Source: Spirochaetota bacterium
GTDB lineage: Bacteria; Spirochaetota; UBA4802; UBA5550
Direction of reading: 5' to 3'
Assembly: GCA_963663865.1 (NCBI GenBank)
Contig: OY760686.1
Location: 1,664,001 to 1,728,000 of the forward strand
Length of the DNA: 64,000 nucleotides
A program made the translations under genes and the position numbers. Below the pieces are notes generated by a model, which searched no databases, was not told where the DNA came from, and saw nothing but the letters and a program-made list of their open reading frames with translations. Below, piece after piece: positions 10,378 to 20,375 of this stretch. Numbering within the stretch: the stretch's first letter is position 1; the number at the start of each line of letters is the position of its first letter.

Positions 10378-11502
10378 CTACTTAAGCCTGCGGCTGAATT
10401 CATCCTGAATCTGACTTTGCAGAGGGTGATTGAAGTAGAGCCTGACCTTGAAATTGCCTGTGTCGGCGGCATCGATTTTTTTATTTAACCAGCCGAAGGG
10501 ATAGAGCACCAGGCAGAGCGCTTCTCTGAACACACCCGGCTTCATGGTCTTCTCGATGTAGGCGGAGGTCTGTATTAGGGCCTCTCCTATTACCGAGCCG
10601 AGGGCGGGAGTGAATATGGCGTCATTTGCGGAGACCTGTTCGCGCCACTCTCCGACATATTCCCAGAGAAGGCTTCCTCCGAATGACCAGGCGAAGGACT
10701 CAAAGATGCCGTACTGGTTGCTTCTGGCAATCTGGTAGTAGTTCATGCCCGCGTACATGTGGTATATCGTGTTTGTGTTGAAGTTGTTGGGGTCCCAGTA
10801 CCAACCGTCCTTTATTTTTCGCCAGGCGTCGTCGAGTGTGTAGTCGTAGACCCAGTCGTCCTTGTTCAGGTGGGAATAGTAAAAGTAATGTCCTATGCCG
10901 AGCCCTATGCCCAGCGATATTTCAACAGATGTTCTCACTGCCCTGTAGCATGCGGAGCGCTTTATTCCGTGCTCCCACTCGTAGCCGTCTATTGAGCTTC
11001 CGTCAGGGCCCGAGAGTATCGGCCTGAGGTTTTTCGGAGTATCAGAGAGGGCTATGTATGCGCTGAATGCCTCCTGAATGCTTTCTGCCCGGGTCGCCCT
11101 GAAGGTTTCGGCAATTATACGGGCAGCCTCCTCGTGGCGTCCCGACAGATTGTATCCCGATGAAAGTTCAAACTGCAGAGAATACGGCGCATTCAGAGAG
11201 TCAAGGGAATCTGAACGGAGCATGAGGGGGCCGCTTTTCGGCAATGATTGAAGATAGGCGTATATATTCAGCCCGGGTGACAGAGGTGCCGCAAAAGCTG
11301 AAGGGTCATAGCGGTCTTTTATCTGAAGTATGGCCCCGGGGAAAAGGTCCCTGTAAAAGGACATGTCAATATCCTCCCCCAGATTAAAAAAAGAAATCCC
11401 GGCTGGATAGGCGCCTGACGATGAAGCCTCAGCCGCGTATGATCGGCTTGAACCGGATATGATAAGCAGTGACAGCGTAATTGTTCCGATTTTATTTAGC
11501 AT
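10378..11502 (-). CDS. DUF3943-like secreted or membrane protein
   Basis: Signal peptide; WD.NNFNTN..HMYAG.NYY..ARSN, SLLWEY..E and SANDAI..P..GSVIGE pattern. Confidence 0.7.
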   Translation of the reverse strand: MLNKIGTITLSLLIISGSSRSYAAEASSSGAYPAGISFFNLGEDIDMSFYRDLFPGAILQIKDRYDPSAFAAPLSPGLNIYAYLQSLPKSGPLMLRSDSLDSLNAPYSLQFELSSGYNLSGRHEEAARIIAETFRATRAESIQEAFSAYIALSDTPKNLRPILSGPDGSSIDGYEWEHGIKRSACYRAVRTSVEISLGIGLGIGHYFYYSHLNKDDWVYDYTLDDAWRKIKDGWYWDPNNFNTNTIYHMYAGMNYYQIARSNQYGIFESFAWSFGGSLLWEYVGEWREQVSANDAIFTPALGSVIGEALIQTSAYIEKTMKPGVFREALCLVLYPFGWLNKKIDAADTGNFKVRLYFNHPLQSQIQDEFSRRLK

Positions 11503-11507
11503 TGAAT

Positions 11508-12800
11508 CTAAAACCTGATCTCTCCCTGAATTGTGAAACGATGCCAGTGGTGGCTGATCTCCCTGATCGCGGAGAATCCCTTTATGTGGTAGAAGTCATA
11601 TCCGGCTCCGACAGTGGTCCGCGTGTTAAAGTAGTAGCTGTACTTGAAGGAAATGACATTCATGATATCGTACAGTTTGCTATCCAGAAAAGCCTGAAAA
11701 TAGAAGAACCTGTATCGGAGGTCGAACCTGCTGTTGATGTAACGGTCAACCGAAAGCTCGATCTCTGCGGGAAGGACCAGGCTGTAGTAGTAGTTGAGCG
11801 CGTTTATCTCAAAGCCTTTTCTGCCGTACCACTTGTTGGTAAAGGCCTGGCTGAGCGTGTCTTCGTCTTCAACGTCTGTTGCCGTAAGTGAGGAATTCTG
11901 GCCCGGCCCAATGCCAGCGCTCCAGGTCAGAGTGACGGACCCTTCCCGACGGGCGAACTCAAGAATCTGTCGGAAAAGCAGGGTCTCCCAGTAGCAGTAC
12001 TGTATGTGCACGTAGTCCGGGTAAATGGAGTCAGTCCAGCGGACTGAAGGGTCTTCAAGATAAGGCCTCTGGTATTCAATGCCGGTGAAAAGTCCGTAGA
12101 GGTTCCTGACGCCGTTTTCAGGGCTGCCTTTCTGGCTGTGACGGCCGTACATAATGATGTCCACATTGAAGAACGGATCATTCAGCTTGTTCAGGTTGCC
12201 GCCTTCTCTGTCGTTGATGGTGATGGAGAAGTTGGTGTCAATGTAGCTTGCGGGTGTCAGAATCATGCTGTTTCTTCCAGAGAAACGCGAAGGGTCGTAC
12301 TTCAGCCGCCAGTCAACCAGAAGCCGGCCCCTGTCTTTTTCAGGAAGGACGTCCCACTTTTCATTTACCCTTGTGTATCCCAGGGCGAGGCTGCCGAAAA
12401 AAGACGTGCTGGTTTTCTCGGGAGGGGCACCTCCTGAGGTTTCGCTGAGTGCGTAGGGTATAATCACCGCCTTTACGCGGGCATATTCGGCAGCGTGTTC
12501 ACTGTCAAAGCGGAAGCTTCTTTTCCGTGTACCTGTAATATGCGTAGAGATTACAGAGTACGCAATGTACTCAGAGGATATTTCCTCTTCAACACGAAAT
12601 GAAATCCTTTTGTAGGCCGGTGTAAGGCGCCATATATCGGCTTGCTTGCCGTCCTGAGATGTAAACCATCCCTTTGAGCTGTAGACAGATGCTATATCGC
12701 TGACAATCCTCTCCGGGAATCCTGTTTCCGCGAGAGCCGAATTGCTTATAAAAAGCAGGGCAATGAGTCCCGCCGGCTTTAATAAATATCCTCTGATTAT
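11508..12800 (-). CDS. Putative outer-membrane beta-barrel protein; true start probably upstream of the ORF-track start at 12467
   Basis: Frame open from 12815 to 11508, with a signal-like segment GLIALLFISNSALA; alternating aromatic strands and terminal Phe (FTIQGEIRF). Confidence 0.55.
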   Translation of the reverse strand: MIRGYLLKPAGLIALLFISNSALAETGFPERIVSDIASVYSSKGWFTSQDGKQADIWRLTPAYKRISFRVEEEISSEYIAYSVISTHITGTRKRSFRFDSEHAAEYARVKAVIIPYALSETSGGAPPEKTSTSFFGSLALGYTRVNEKWDVLPEKDRGRLLVDWRLKYDPSRFSGRNSMILTPASYIDTNFSITINDREGGNLNKLNDPFFNVDIIMYGRHSQKGSPENGVRNLYGLFTGIEYQRPYLEDPSVRWTDSIYPDYVHIQYCYWETLLFRQILEFARREGSVTLTWSAGIGPGQNSSLTATDVEDEDTLSQAFTNKWYGRKGFEINALNYYYSLVLPAEIELSVDRYINSRFDLRYRFFYFQAFLDSKLYDIMNVISFKYSYYFNTRTTVGAGYDFYHIKGFSAIREISHHWHRFTIQGEIRF

Positions 12801-12986
12801 ACTATCCCTGTATTGTCATTTTGTCTCTGTCCGGATAAAATCCGGTTTAAGCGGACAATAAAGTGACATAAATTACGTAAAAGCATTACAATCAACATAA
12901 AATTTACTATATGGTTAAAAAAATTCACCTTTTATATTACTTGACACTGCTGTGACTTTTGATTCTACTTATCTATTGGAGTTAAT

Positions 12987-13748
12987 ATGCAGCGTGTCAA
13001 GTTAATTGAAACGGCTGAGGCTGTTCTTTCATCCGGGCCGGTAATTGCGCTGACCGGAGCGGGCATTTCCGTGGAAAGCGGCATTCCTGACTTCAGGAGC
13101 CCCGGAGGGCTCTGGGAGGTCTATGATCCGTCGATATACGCCTCAATATCCACATTTGAGAAGAGCCCCGAAAGGTGCTGGGATATGCTTTTCCCGATGA
13201 TGGAGCTCATCCTCAAGGCCGAACCGAACGCCGCCCACCTGGGTCTTGCCGACCTTGAGAGGGAGGGTGTACTCAAGTCGGTGATAACGCAGAACATTGA
13301 TTCACTGCACAGCCGCGCTGGCAGCGTTAATGTCATTGAATATCACGGATCGGCGTCAAGGCTGGTCTGTACCCGCTGCCGCAGGGTTAAGGGGCTTGAG
13401 GACTTTGACCCCGCCTCGCGTGTAGTCCCGCTCTGCGGAGAGTGCGGGATTGCGCTGAAGCCTGATATCGTGTTTTTTGGGGAGAATATACCCGTAAGGG
13501 CATTTGCCGATGCGGCTGAACTTGCCAGCAAGGCCGGCTGCGTAATCGTCGCCGGTTCGAGCGCCGAGGTATTTCCCGCGGCATCAATACCTCTTGAAGC
13601 AAAGAGAAACGGAGCAATAATTGTGGAGTTTAATATACGTGAGACGGGACTGACATCATCCTTTACTGATTACTTTATATCCGGGAGAGTCGGCGAGACA
13701 ATGCCGGCCTTTGTTTCGGCCCTGCTTTCCGTCAGGGAGGGGCTTTGA
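12987..13748 (+). CDS. cobB: NAD-dependent protein deacylase (sirtuin)
   Basis: TGAGISVESGIPDFR, TQNID, HGS, two CxxC and KPDIVFFGE motifs. Confidence 0.9.
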   Translation: MQRVKLIETAEAVLSSGPVIALTGAGISVESGIPDFRSPGGLWEVYDPSIYASISTFEKSPERCWDMLFPMMELILKAEPNAAHLGLADLEREGVLKSVITQNIDSLHSRAGSVNVIEYHGSASRLVCTRCRRVKGLEDFDPASRVVPLCGECGIALKPDIVFFGENIPVRAFADAAELASKAGCVIVAGSSAEVFPAASIPLEAKRNGAIIVEFNIRETGLTSSFTDYFISGRVGETMPAFVSALLSVREGL

Positions 13749-15532
13749 GAAGAATACAGCTTCTTCCGGACTCGGTCCGGAACATGATAGCGGCGGGCGA
13801 GGTGGTCGAAGGACCTTCGTCAGTGGTGAAAGAGCTGATTGAGAATTCGCTGGACGCGGGCTCCCTTGAGATCAGCGTCCAGGTCGCTGACAGCGGGCTT
13901 AAGCGGATTACGGTGACCGATAACGGCTCGGGAATACATCCGGACGACCTGAAGCTGGCCGTATGCGAACATGCAACCAGCAAGATAGCCGATGTGCACG
14001 ATATTGAAACCGTTGAGTCCTACGGCTTCAGAGGCGAGGCCCTTGCCAGCATATCATCCATCTCTGACGTGACAATACTCACGAGATCGGCTGCCATCGA
14101 CACGGGCGCCAGGCTTGAAAATGCAAGAGGCAGCGTAAAAGTATCTCCCTACGCGGGCCCGTCAGGAACCACAGTAATAGTCGAAAACCTGTTCTACAAT
14201 GTTCCGGCAAGGCGTAAGTTTCTGAAAGCCCCGAGGACAGAGCTCAAGAACGTGAGAGAGGTATTCATCAGGGCGGCCATACCCGCCTGGCGGACATCAT
14301 TTTCGTTTGAAAACGACGGGAAGCGGACCATTACATTGCCTCCGGCTTCAAATCAGGAGGAGCGCCTTAAACAGGTCTTCGGCGTTTCTGAGTTTGAAGG
14401 CCTTCTCTTTGACTCTCTGGAAGACCTCAAGGTCAGAATAAGCGGCTTCTTCTCAAAGCCGGACAGGCTCAGGGGTTCCAGGTCGATGCAGTACCTTTTT
14501 GTAAATGGAAGGCCGGTTGAAAACCGCTATCTGGGATTTCTGCTTTCCAGGGCATATGAGGCCGTCGCGCCCCATGGCCGTCATCCCGCTGCGGTGATAT
14601 TTATCGATATCGAGCCGTCGCTTGTTGACGTCAACATTCATCCGGCAAAGCGCGAGGTAAGGCTTTTTGACCAGCGCTATATTGATTCGCTTATCATCCA
14701 GCTTGCCGGCAAGGTTCTGAACAGGGTCCACAGCGCGGGTGAAAACCTCTTTTCAGGAATTAATAGGGGGGGGGATGATGGCCCTGCAGAAGAAGGCCGC
14801 TTCCGCCCGCGCACAGGGGGAGCCGTGCCGGCCGAAAACGGCGGCTTTGTTCAGGGCAGGATGGGCTTCAGCTTCGACAGGGCCAGCCCGGACTCGGCCG
14901 GCGTCGAAGTGCAGGATGGGCCTCTGACCATACGCGAGACCGAAGAATTTTACCGGACCGTGACAGGCGCCGACTTTGCCGTTATCGGAGTTGCCTTTGA
15001 CACCTACATAATAGCACAGAAAGGCGAATCGCTCTACTTCATTGATTTTCACGCGGCGCACGAAAGGTTCATATACGACACCCTTGCCGGAAAAGGAATG
15101 CACTTTGAAAGCCAGGAGCTCATGTTCCCGGCCGTTATCGAGCTTTCGCCGGGCGATTACGCGGTTCTGATGGATAACATAGAGTACTTTGCGGGACTCT
15201 CATTCGAGATCGAGGAGTTTGGAGGCAGCACTGCCGCAGTCAGGGCCGTTCCCGAGCTCGGTGTCAGGTTCAATGTGGAACGCTTTGTAAAGGACGCCAT
15301 TGAGTCAATAAAGGGAGAGACAGCTCCCGATGATATCAGAAAAAGGATAGCCGCAAGCGCCGCCTGCCACAGCGCGAGACGGGCCGGTGACAGGCTTGCT
15401 CCCGGCGAGGCCGATATCATCTGCGGTAGGGTCTTCTCCGGAGATGTTGAGCTAAGGTGTCCGCATGGAAGGCCCTTTGTACACATGGTAGAAAAGGACT
15501 CACTTGAAAAAATGTTTAAGAGGCAGCTATGA
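13745..15532 (+). CDS. mutL: DNA mismatch repair endonuclease MutL
   Basis: IAAGEVVE, KELIENSLDAG, GFRGEALASI, DVNIHPAK, DFHAAHER, ACH and CPHGRP motifs. Confidence 0.95.
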   Translation: MRRIQLLPDSVRNMIAAGEVVEGPSSVVKELIENSLDAGSLEISVQVADSGLKRITVTDNGSGIHPDDLKLAVCEHATSKIADVHDIETVESYGFRGEALASISSISDVTILTRSAAIDTGARLENARGSVKVSPYAGPSGTTVIVENLFYNVPARRKFLKAPRTELKNVREVFIRAAIPAWRTSFSFENDGKRTITLPPASNQEERLKQVFGVSEFEGLLFDSLEDLKVRISGFFSKPDRLRGSRSMQYLFVNGRPVENRYLGFLLSRAYEAVAPHGRHPAAVIFIDIEPSLVDVNIHPAKREVRLFDQRYIDSLIIQLAGKVLNRVHSAGENLFSGINRGGDDGPAEEGRFRPRTGGAVPAENGGFVQGRMGFSFDRASPDSAGVEVQDGPLTIRETEEFYRTVTGADFAVIGVAFDTYIIAQKGESLYFIDFHAAHERFIYDTLAGKGMHFESQELMFPAVIELSPGDYAVLMDNIEYFAGLSFEIEEFGGSTAAVRAVPELGVRFNVERFVKDAIESIKGETAPDDIRKRIAASAACHSARRAGDRLAPGEADIICGRVFSGDVELRCPHGRPFVHMVEKDSLEKMFKRQL

Positions 15533-16056
15533 AGATAGTTCTTGGAGTCACATCATCAATATCAGCTTATAAGGCCTATGACCTCTCAAGGATGTTTGTT
15601 AAGGCGGGGCACAGCGTGCATGCGGTGATATCCGAAAACGCCCTGAACCTTGTCTCTCCGCTCACCTTTGAGACTCTAACCGGCAATCCGGCTTATACGG
15701 ACCAGTACAGCAGGGACAGGCGTGAGATGGGTCACATATCGCTGAAGGACGGGGCGTCGCTTCTGATTGTCGCTCCGGCTACGGCCAATATTATCGGGAA
15801 ATTCGCCTGCGGAATCGCAGACGACCTCCTGTCCACGACTTATCTATCGGTGAGCTGTCCGGTGCTCATTGCGCCGGCAATGAACCCGGCCATGTACGCG
15901 CACCCCGCGGTGCAGGCCAACATTGAGGTGTTGAGAAAAAGAGGAGTAGAGTTTGTTGATCCTGAGGAGGGGCCGGTGGCCTGCGGAGACGAGGGAGTCG
16001 GCAAACTTGCGTCAATAGAAACAATCTATGGGAAGGCGCTCGATGTCATTCGCTGA
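15529..16056 (+). CDS. coaC: Phosphopantothenoylcysteine decarboxylase (stand-alone)
   Basis: APATAN, GIADDLL, PAMN and ACGDEGVGKL motifs. Confidence 0.88.
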   Translation: MKIVLGVTSSISAYKAYDLSRMFVKAGHSVHAVISENALNLVSPLTFETLTGNPAYTDQYSRDRREMGHISLKDGASLLIVAPATANIIGKFACGIADDLLSTTYLSVSCPVLIAPAMNPAMYAHPAVQANIEVLRKRGVEFVDPEEGPVACGDEGVGKLASIETIYGKALDVIR

Positions 16057-16720
16057 GAGGAAGGCCGTAATAACCGCGGGGCCGACAAGAGAGTGGATTG
16101 ATCCGGTAAGATTCATATCCAATCCCTCAAGCGGGAAGATGGGGGCCGCGCTCGCTGACAGCGCCTTCCCGGATTTCAGGGAAACGGTATTGATACACGG
16201 CCCTGTTGACGGCAGCATTGTTTCCGGCAGGCCGTACAGAACAATCAGCGTTGATACTACAGAGGAGATGCTTGAGGCTGTCAAATCTGAACTTGAACCG
16301 GGATGCGTCCTCATAATGTCGGCGGCGCCGGCCGACTATGCACCGCTTAAAGCTGAATCCTCAAAGATCAAGAAGGGCGATGAGACTTTGACTCTCACTC
16401 TGAAGAAGACCCCGGACATTCTGAAAGAGGTCGCTGCCATGAGAGCGGCAGGTCAATTCCCCGGAATGATAACTGTCGGTTTCGCGGCAGAGACTGACAA
16501 CACGGAAGCATACGCCCTTGGAAAGCTGAGAGACAAAAACCTGGATATGATATGCCTTAACGATGTATCGAGGCCTGGTGCAGGTTTCGGTTCTGATACG
16601 AATATTATTACTGTTTTTCAGAGAAACGGCGGACGCTGTGAAATACCTCTCGCGTCCAAGGTGGAGGCTGCCTCAGAGATTCTCAGGCTGGCCGGATTGA
16701 TTGAAAGGGAGGCCACATGA
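16043..16720 (+). CDS. coaB: Phosphopantothenate-cysteine ligase (stand-alone)
   Basis: ITAGPTRE.IDPVRFISN.SSGKMG, AA.ADY and VGFAAET motifs; ATG at 16043 preceded by GGAAGG. Confidence 0.88.
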   Translation: MSFAERKAVITAGPTREWIDPVRFISNPSSGKMGAALADSAFPDFRETVLIHGPVDGSIVSGRPYRTISVDTTEEMLEAVKSELEPGCVLIMSAAPADYAPLKAESSKIKKGDETLTLTLKKTPDILKEVAAMRAAGQFPGMITVGFAAETDNTEAYALGKLRDKNLDMICLNDVSRPGAGFGSDTNIITVFQRNGGRCEIPLASKVEAASEILRLAGLIEREAT

Positions 16721-17970
16721 TTGCCGGTATCAGGAAAATGACCGAATCAAGATTGTTCAGTAATCATTCCTTTTTTATTCCAGTTACACTTTTGTTATTA
16801 TTCTCATTATCCTTTGTGAACTGTGGCAAGGCCAATTCGGGCGCTCCCTCTGCGGAAAAGGTTGACAGAGCTGTGAAGGCCGCAGCCGGCTATCTGACCC
16901 GTTCTGTTATGGATAGCGGAAGGTTTATCTATCAGGTGAATATGGACCCTTCGATGAAGGTCCCTGACAGCTACAATGTCCTGAGGCATGCGGGGACAAT
17001 CTATTCGATGTGTATGTACTACGATGCTTTCCCTGAAAAAGAGGTCAGGGAGGCAATCCTCCGTTCGGGAGAGTACTTCAAGAGGGAATTCATAGCGCCT
17101 ATGCCGCGGAAACCCGGAATGAAGGGAATTGGAATGAAGCATGCCGGCAAGGTCAAGCTCGGTGCTAATGGAATCGGGCTTCTGGCACTTATGAGCATAG
17201 AAAAGATCAGGCCCGGTTTTACTCAGCCCGCTGAGCTTCGGAGTATCGCGGAGCTGATACTGTACCTGCATAAGCCGGACGGAAGCTTCTACTCCAGATA
17301 TCAACCGGCCGCTGACTTGCGTGACGACAGCTGGACTTCGCTCTACTATCCGGGCGAAGCGGCATGCGGGCTATTGATGCTGCACGAAAAATACCCTGAC
17401 GCACGCTGGCTGAACTCGGCAGTAAGGGCCCTGGAATATTTGGCTGAAAGCAGAAAGGGAAAGCGCAAGGTTCCGCCCGACCACTGGGCCCTTCTTGCCA
17501 CAGCAAAGCTTTTTTCACTCAAAGACAGCGGGCTTTCCGAAAAACAGAGGGAGCTTATCGCGAATCACGCTGTTCAGGTCGTAAGATCAATGCTGGCGGG
17601 GCAGGTCTCAAGTTCAGACTCCAATATTGACGGGGGCTTTACACGCGCTGGAAACACCACCTCTGCTGCCTGCCGCATGGAGGGGATAATTGCCGTTTAT
17701 CCGTATCTCCCTGAAGCGGTGCGCGCAGGGCTGGGCGTAAGGGAGTCATGCGACAGGGCCGTAAACTTTCTCCTTAATGCTCAGGTAAAGGACGGAAAGT
17801 ACAGAGGAGCATTTCCTCACAGCGCGGGCAGGTCATTAATCTTTTCTGAGAGCAGTGAAAAGTCAGGCGAGATAAGAATTGATTATGTACAGCATGCCTT
17901 AAGCGCCATCCTTGAATACAGGGAGCAGTTTCTGGTGAATGCCGACAGTGTGCTGAAAGCGCGAAGGTAG
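16717..17970 (+). CDS. Exported hypothetical protein, probable alpha/alpha-toroid fold
   Basis: Hydrophobic N-terminus with Cys; YNVLRHAG, YYPGEA, DHW and RIDYVQH motifs; repeated Q/DG helical units. Confidence 0.5.
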   Translation: MIAGIRKMTESRLFSNHSFFIPVTLLLLFSLSFVNCGKANSGAPSAEKVDRAVKAAAGYLTRSVMDSGRFIYQVNMDPSMKVPDSYNVLRHAGTIYSMCMYYDAFPEKEVREAILRSGEYFKREFIAPMPRKPGMKGIGMKHAGKVKLGANGIGLLALMSIEKIRPGFTQPAELRSIAELILYLHKPDGSFYSRYQPAADLRDDSWTSLYYPGEAACGLLMLHEKYPDARWLNSAVRALEYLAESRKGKRKVPPDHWALLATAKLFSLKDSGLSEKQRELIANHAVQVVRSMLAGQVSSSDSNIDGGFTRAGNTTSAACRMEGIIAVYPYLPEAVRAGLGVRESCDRAVNFLLNAQVKDGKYRGAFPHSAGRSLIFSESSEKSGEIRIDYVQHALSAILEYREQFLVNADSVLKARR

Positions 17971-18067
17971 CGGACGGGACAGAGTCAGGGAGCGGTTTTT
18001 TGCACTCTAAATAACGGGCAGTGATGTTGATGGTATATTCTGAAGCTAAAGGTTAAACAAACATAAA

Positions 18068-18733
18068 ATGAGCAAAAGCCAGGTTAAATCAAGAGAGAGA
18101 GTTGCAAACCACGGTGAAGTATATACTTCTTCCCGTGAAGTTAACGCGATGCTTGACCTTGTTAAACAGGAAACAGAACGGATTGATTCGAGATTTTTAG
18201 AACCGGCCTGCGGGACAGGAAACTTTCTGGCGGAAATTTTGAATAGAAAATTACAAGTTGTAAGCAGCCGATATAAAAGAAATCAGGTTGAATATGAAAG
18301 GTATTCGATTATCGCTGTTTCAAGCATATACGGTATCGATATACTTGAAGACAATGTTGCAGAATGCCGCCACCGTCTTTATGCTATTTATGTTGAGCAA
18401 TATGATTCGTTATTTCATGAATTTACCAGAGATGAATGCAAAAATGCGGTACTCTACTTACTCTCAAGGAATGTTATATGGGGCGACGCTTTAACTCTTC
18501 GAACCGTTGGAGAAAAACCTTCCCCGATTATTTTTTCTGAATGGTCGGCAGTTAACAGCAACAAAATCAAAAGGCGTGATTTTACAATGGAAAATCTCGT
18601 GAATACATACGCCAGCTTAGACTCTGAACCGAATCTTTTCTCCGATCTTGGCGACAATGCCGCAATACCAAAATCAGTGAAAGACTTTCAACCAGTACAT
18701 TTTATGAGGCTTGCAGATGTTGAAGAGCAATAG
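18068..18733 (+). CDS. Short SAM-binding N6-methyltransferase-like subunit (no catalytic motif IV)
   Basis: GEVYT motif X, FLEPACGTGNFL motif I and IYGIDI motif II; no NPPY or DPPY in the protein. Confidence 0.75.
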   Translation: MSKSQVKSRERVANHGEVYTSSREVNAMLDLVKQETERIDSRFLEPACGTGNFLAEILNRKLQVVSSRYKRNQVEYERYSIIAVSSIYGIDILEDNVAECRHRLYAIYVEQYDSLFHEFTRDECKNAVLYLLSRNVIWGDALTLRTVGEKPSPIIFSEWSAVNSNKIKRRDFTMENLVNTYASLDSEPNLFSDLGDNAAIPKSVKDFQPVHFMRLADVEEQ

Positions 18734-20213
18734 TTATAATCCGGATGTTCTGTCCTGTCTCGCTAATCTAAGCAGTGATGAAATTTTCACTCCTCCGCAA
18801 ATGGCGAATAGATTATTGGACTTATTACCAGAAGATATATGGAAGAACAAAGACGTTAAATTTCTTGACCCTGTGTGCAAAACGGGGGTATTTCTGAGAG
18901 AAATAGCCAAAAGGCTGTTGAAAGGACTGGAAGATACCATACCGGATAGACAGGCAAGAATTAACCATATCTTTAGAAACCAGCTCTTTGGGATTTCAAT
19001 AACTGAGATTACCGCCCTTCTTTCGCGCAGATCTGTTTATTGTTCAAAAAAAGCAGACGGTAAATATTCTGTCTGCGGGTCATTTGATAATGAACAGGGA
19101 AATATTCGTTTTAATAGAATTGAACATATTTGGGATAACGGCAAATGTAAATATTGCGGCGCGAGCCGGGAGAATTATGAAAGAGGCAGTGAACTTGAAA
19201 CGCACGCCTATGAGTTTATCCATACAGAGAAACCAGAGGAGCTTTTTAATATGAAATTTGATGTAATTATAGGGAATCCGCCATATCAATTGAGCGATGG
19301 CGGACATGGCCGAAGCGCCAGTCCAATTTATCATAAATTTGTGCTGCAGGCCAGGAAGCTGAATCCGCGCTACCTGGTAATGATCATACCTTCACGCTGG
19401 TTTGCAGGCGGAAAGGGGCTTGATGACTTTAGAAATGAGATGCTAAACGATAACAGAATCAGAACCATCGTCGATTTTGAAGATGCAAATGAATGTTTCC
19501 CGGGCGTAGATATCGCAGGTGGTATTTGCTATTTCCTCTGGGAGAAAGATTCAGCAGGTCCATGCGAAGTTACTAATATGCATAATGGCAAAGAGGCTGT
19601 TACAACAAGAAAACTAAACGAGTTCAGTACCTTTATAAGGCATGGAAAGTCTGTTCCGATAATCCGAAAAGTTCTATCAATGAATGAAAAGAGTATGAGT
19701 CAACAGGTTTCTGCAAGTAAACCTTTTGGGCTAAGAACGTTTGTTCGGCCAAGAGATAATGGAGATATTACACTACGTTGGCAAAAAGGAGAAGGCCCTT
19801 ATAACCGTAGTGAAATAACTTCCGGTATTGAAATGATTGATGAGTGGAACGTGATAACGTCCTACGTTGGCTATGATCATGCGGGCAATCCGGGAAAAGA
19901 TGGAAAGAGGCGGGTGTTTTCAAAAATTGATATCATGCCTCCTGGTACGATTTGTACAGAGACATATCTTGTTGTAGGAAGCTACAAGAATGAAAACCAA
20001 GCGTTAAATCTTATTGCATATATGAAAACTAAATTCTTCCGTTTTTTGGTTTCGCAATTTATGTATTCTCATCATATTACAAAAGATGCATATTTTTTTG
20101 TTCCAATTCTTGAAATGAGTGAACAATGGACTGATGAAAAGCTATATAAGAAATATGAGCTTACAGGGGAAGAAATTGACTTCATCGAATCAAAAATCAG
20201 ACCCATGGAGTAA
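18711..20213 (+). CDS. Eco57I-like adenine DNA methyltransferase with target-recognition domain
   Basis: DEIFTP, FLDPVCKTGVFL, FDVIIGNPPY and IPSRWF motifs; C-terminal WTDEKLYKKYEL. Confidence 0.85.
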   Translation: MQMLKSNSYNPDVLSCLANLSSDEIFTPPQMANRLLDLLPEDIWKNKDVKFLDPVCKTGVFLREIAKRLLKGLEDTIPDRQARINHIFRNQLFGISITEITALLSRRSVYCSKKADGKYSVCGSFDNEQGNIRFNRIEHIWDNGKCKYCGASRENYERGSELETHAYEFIHTEKPEELFNMKFDVIIGNPPYQLSDGGHGRSASPIYHKFVLQARKLNPRYLVMIIPSRWFAGGKGLDDFRNEMLNDNRIRTIVDFEDANECFPGVDIAGGICYFLWEKDSAGPCEVTNMHNGKEAVTTRKLNEFSTFIRHGKSVPIIRKVLSMNEKSMSQQVSASKPFGLRTFVRPRDNGDITLRWQKGEGPYNRSEITSGIEMIDEWNVITSYVGYDHAGNPGKDGKRRVFSKIDIMPPGTICTETYLVVGSYKNENQALNLIAYMKTKFFRFLVSQFMYSHHITKDAYFFVPILEMSEQWTDEKLYKKYELTGEEIDFIESKIRPME

Positions 20214-20375
20214 ATGCTGTGAGTAGAGATTTCTTTCCTAAACGACCTGATACAAGCCCTAAAATCCAGACATTGTCTGGAAAATCGAGTTGGAGCCATA
20301 ACATGTATAAAAAAACCCTGTTTTCTATACATGTTTTCGTTGATAAGTATATAATATGCCTGTTTTCTATATACG

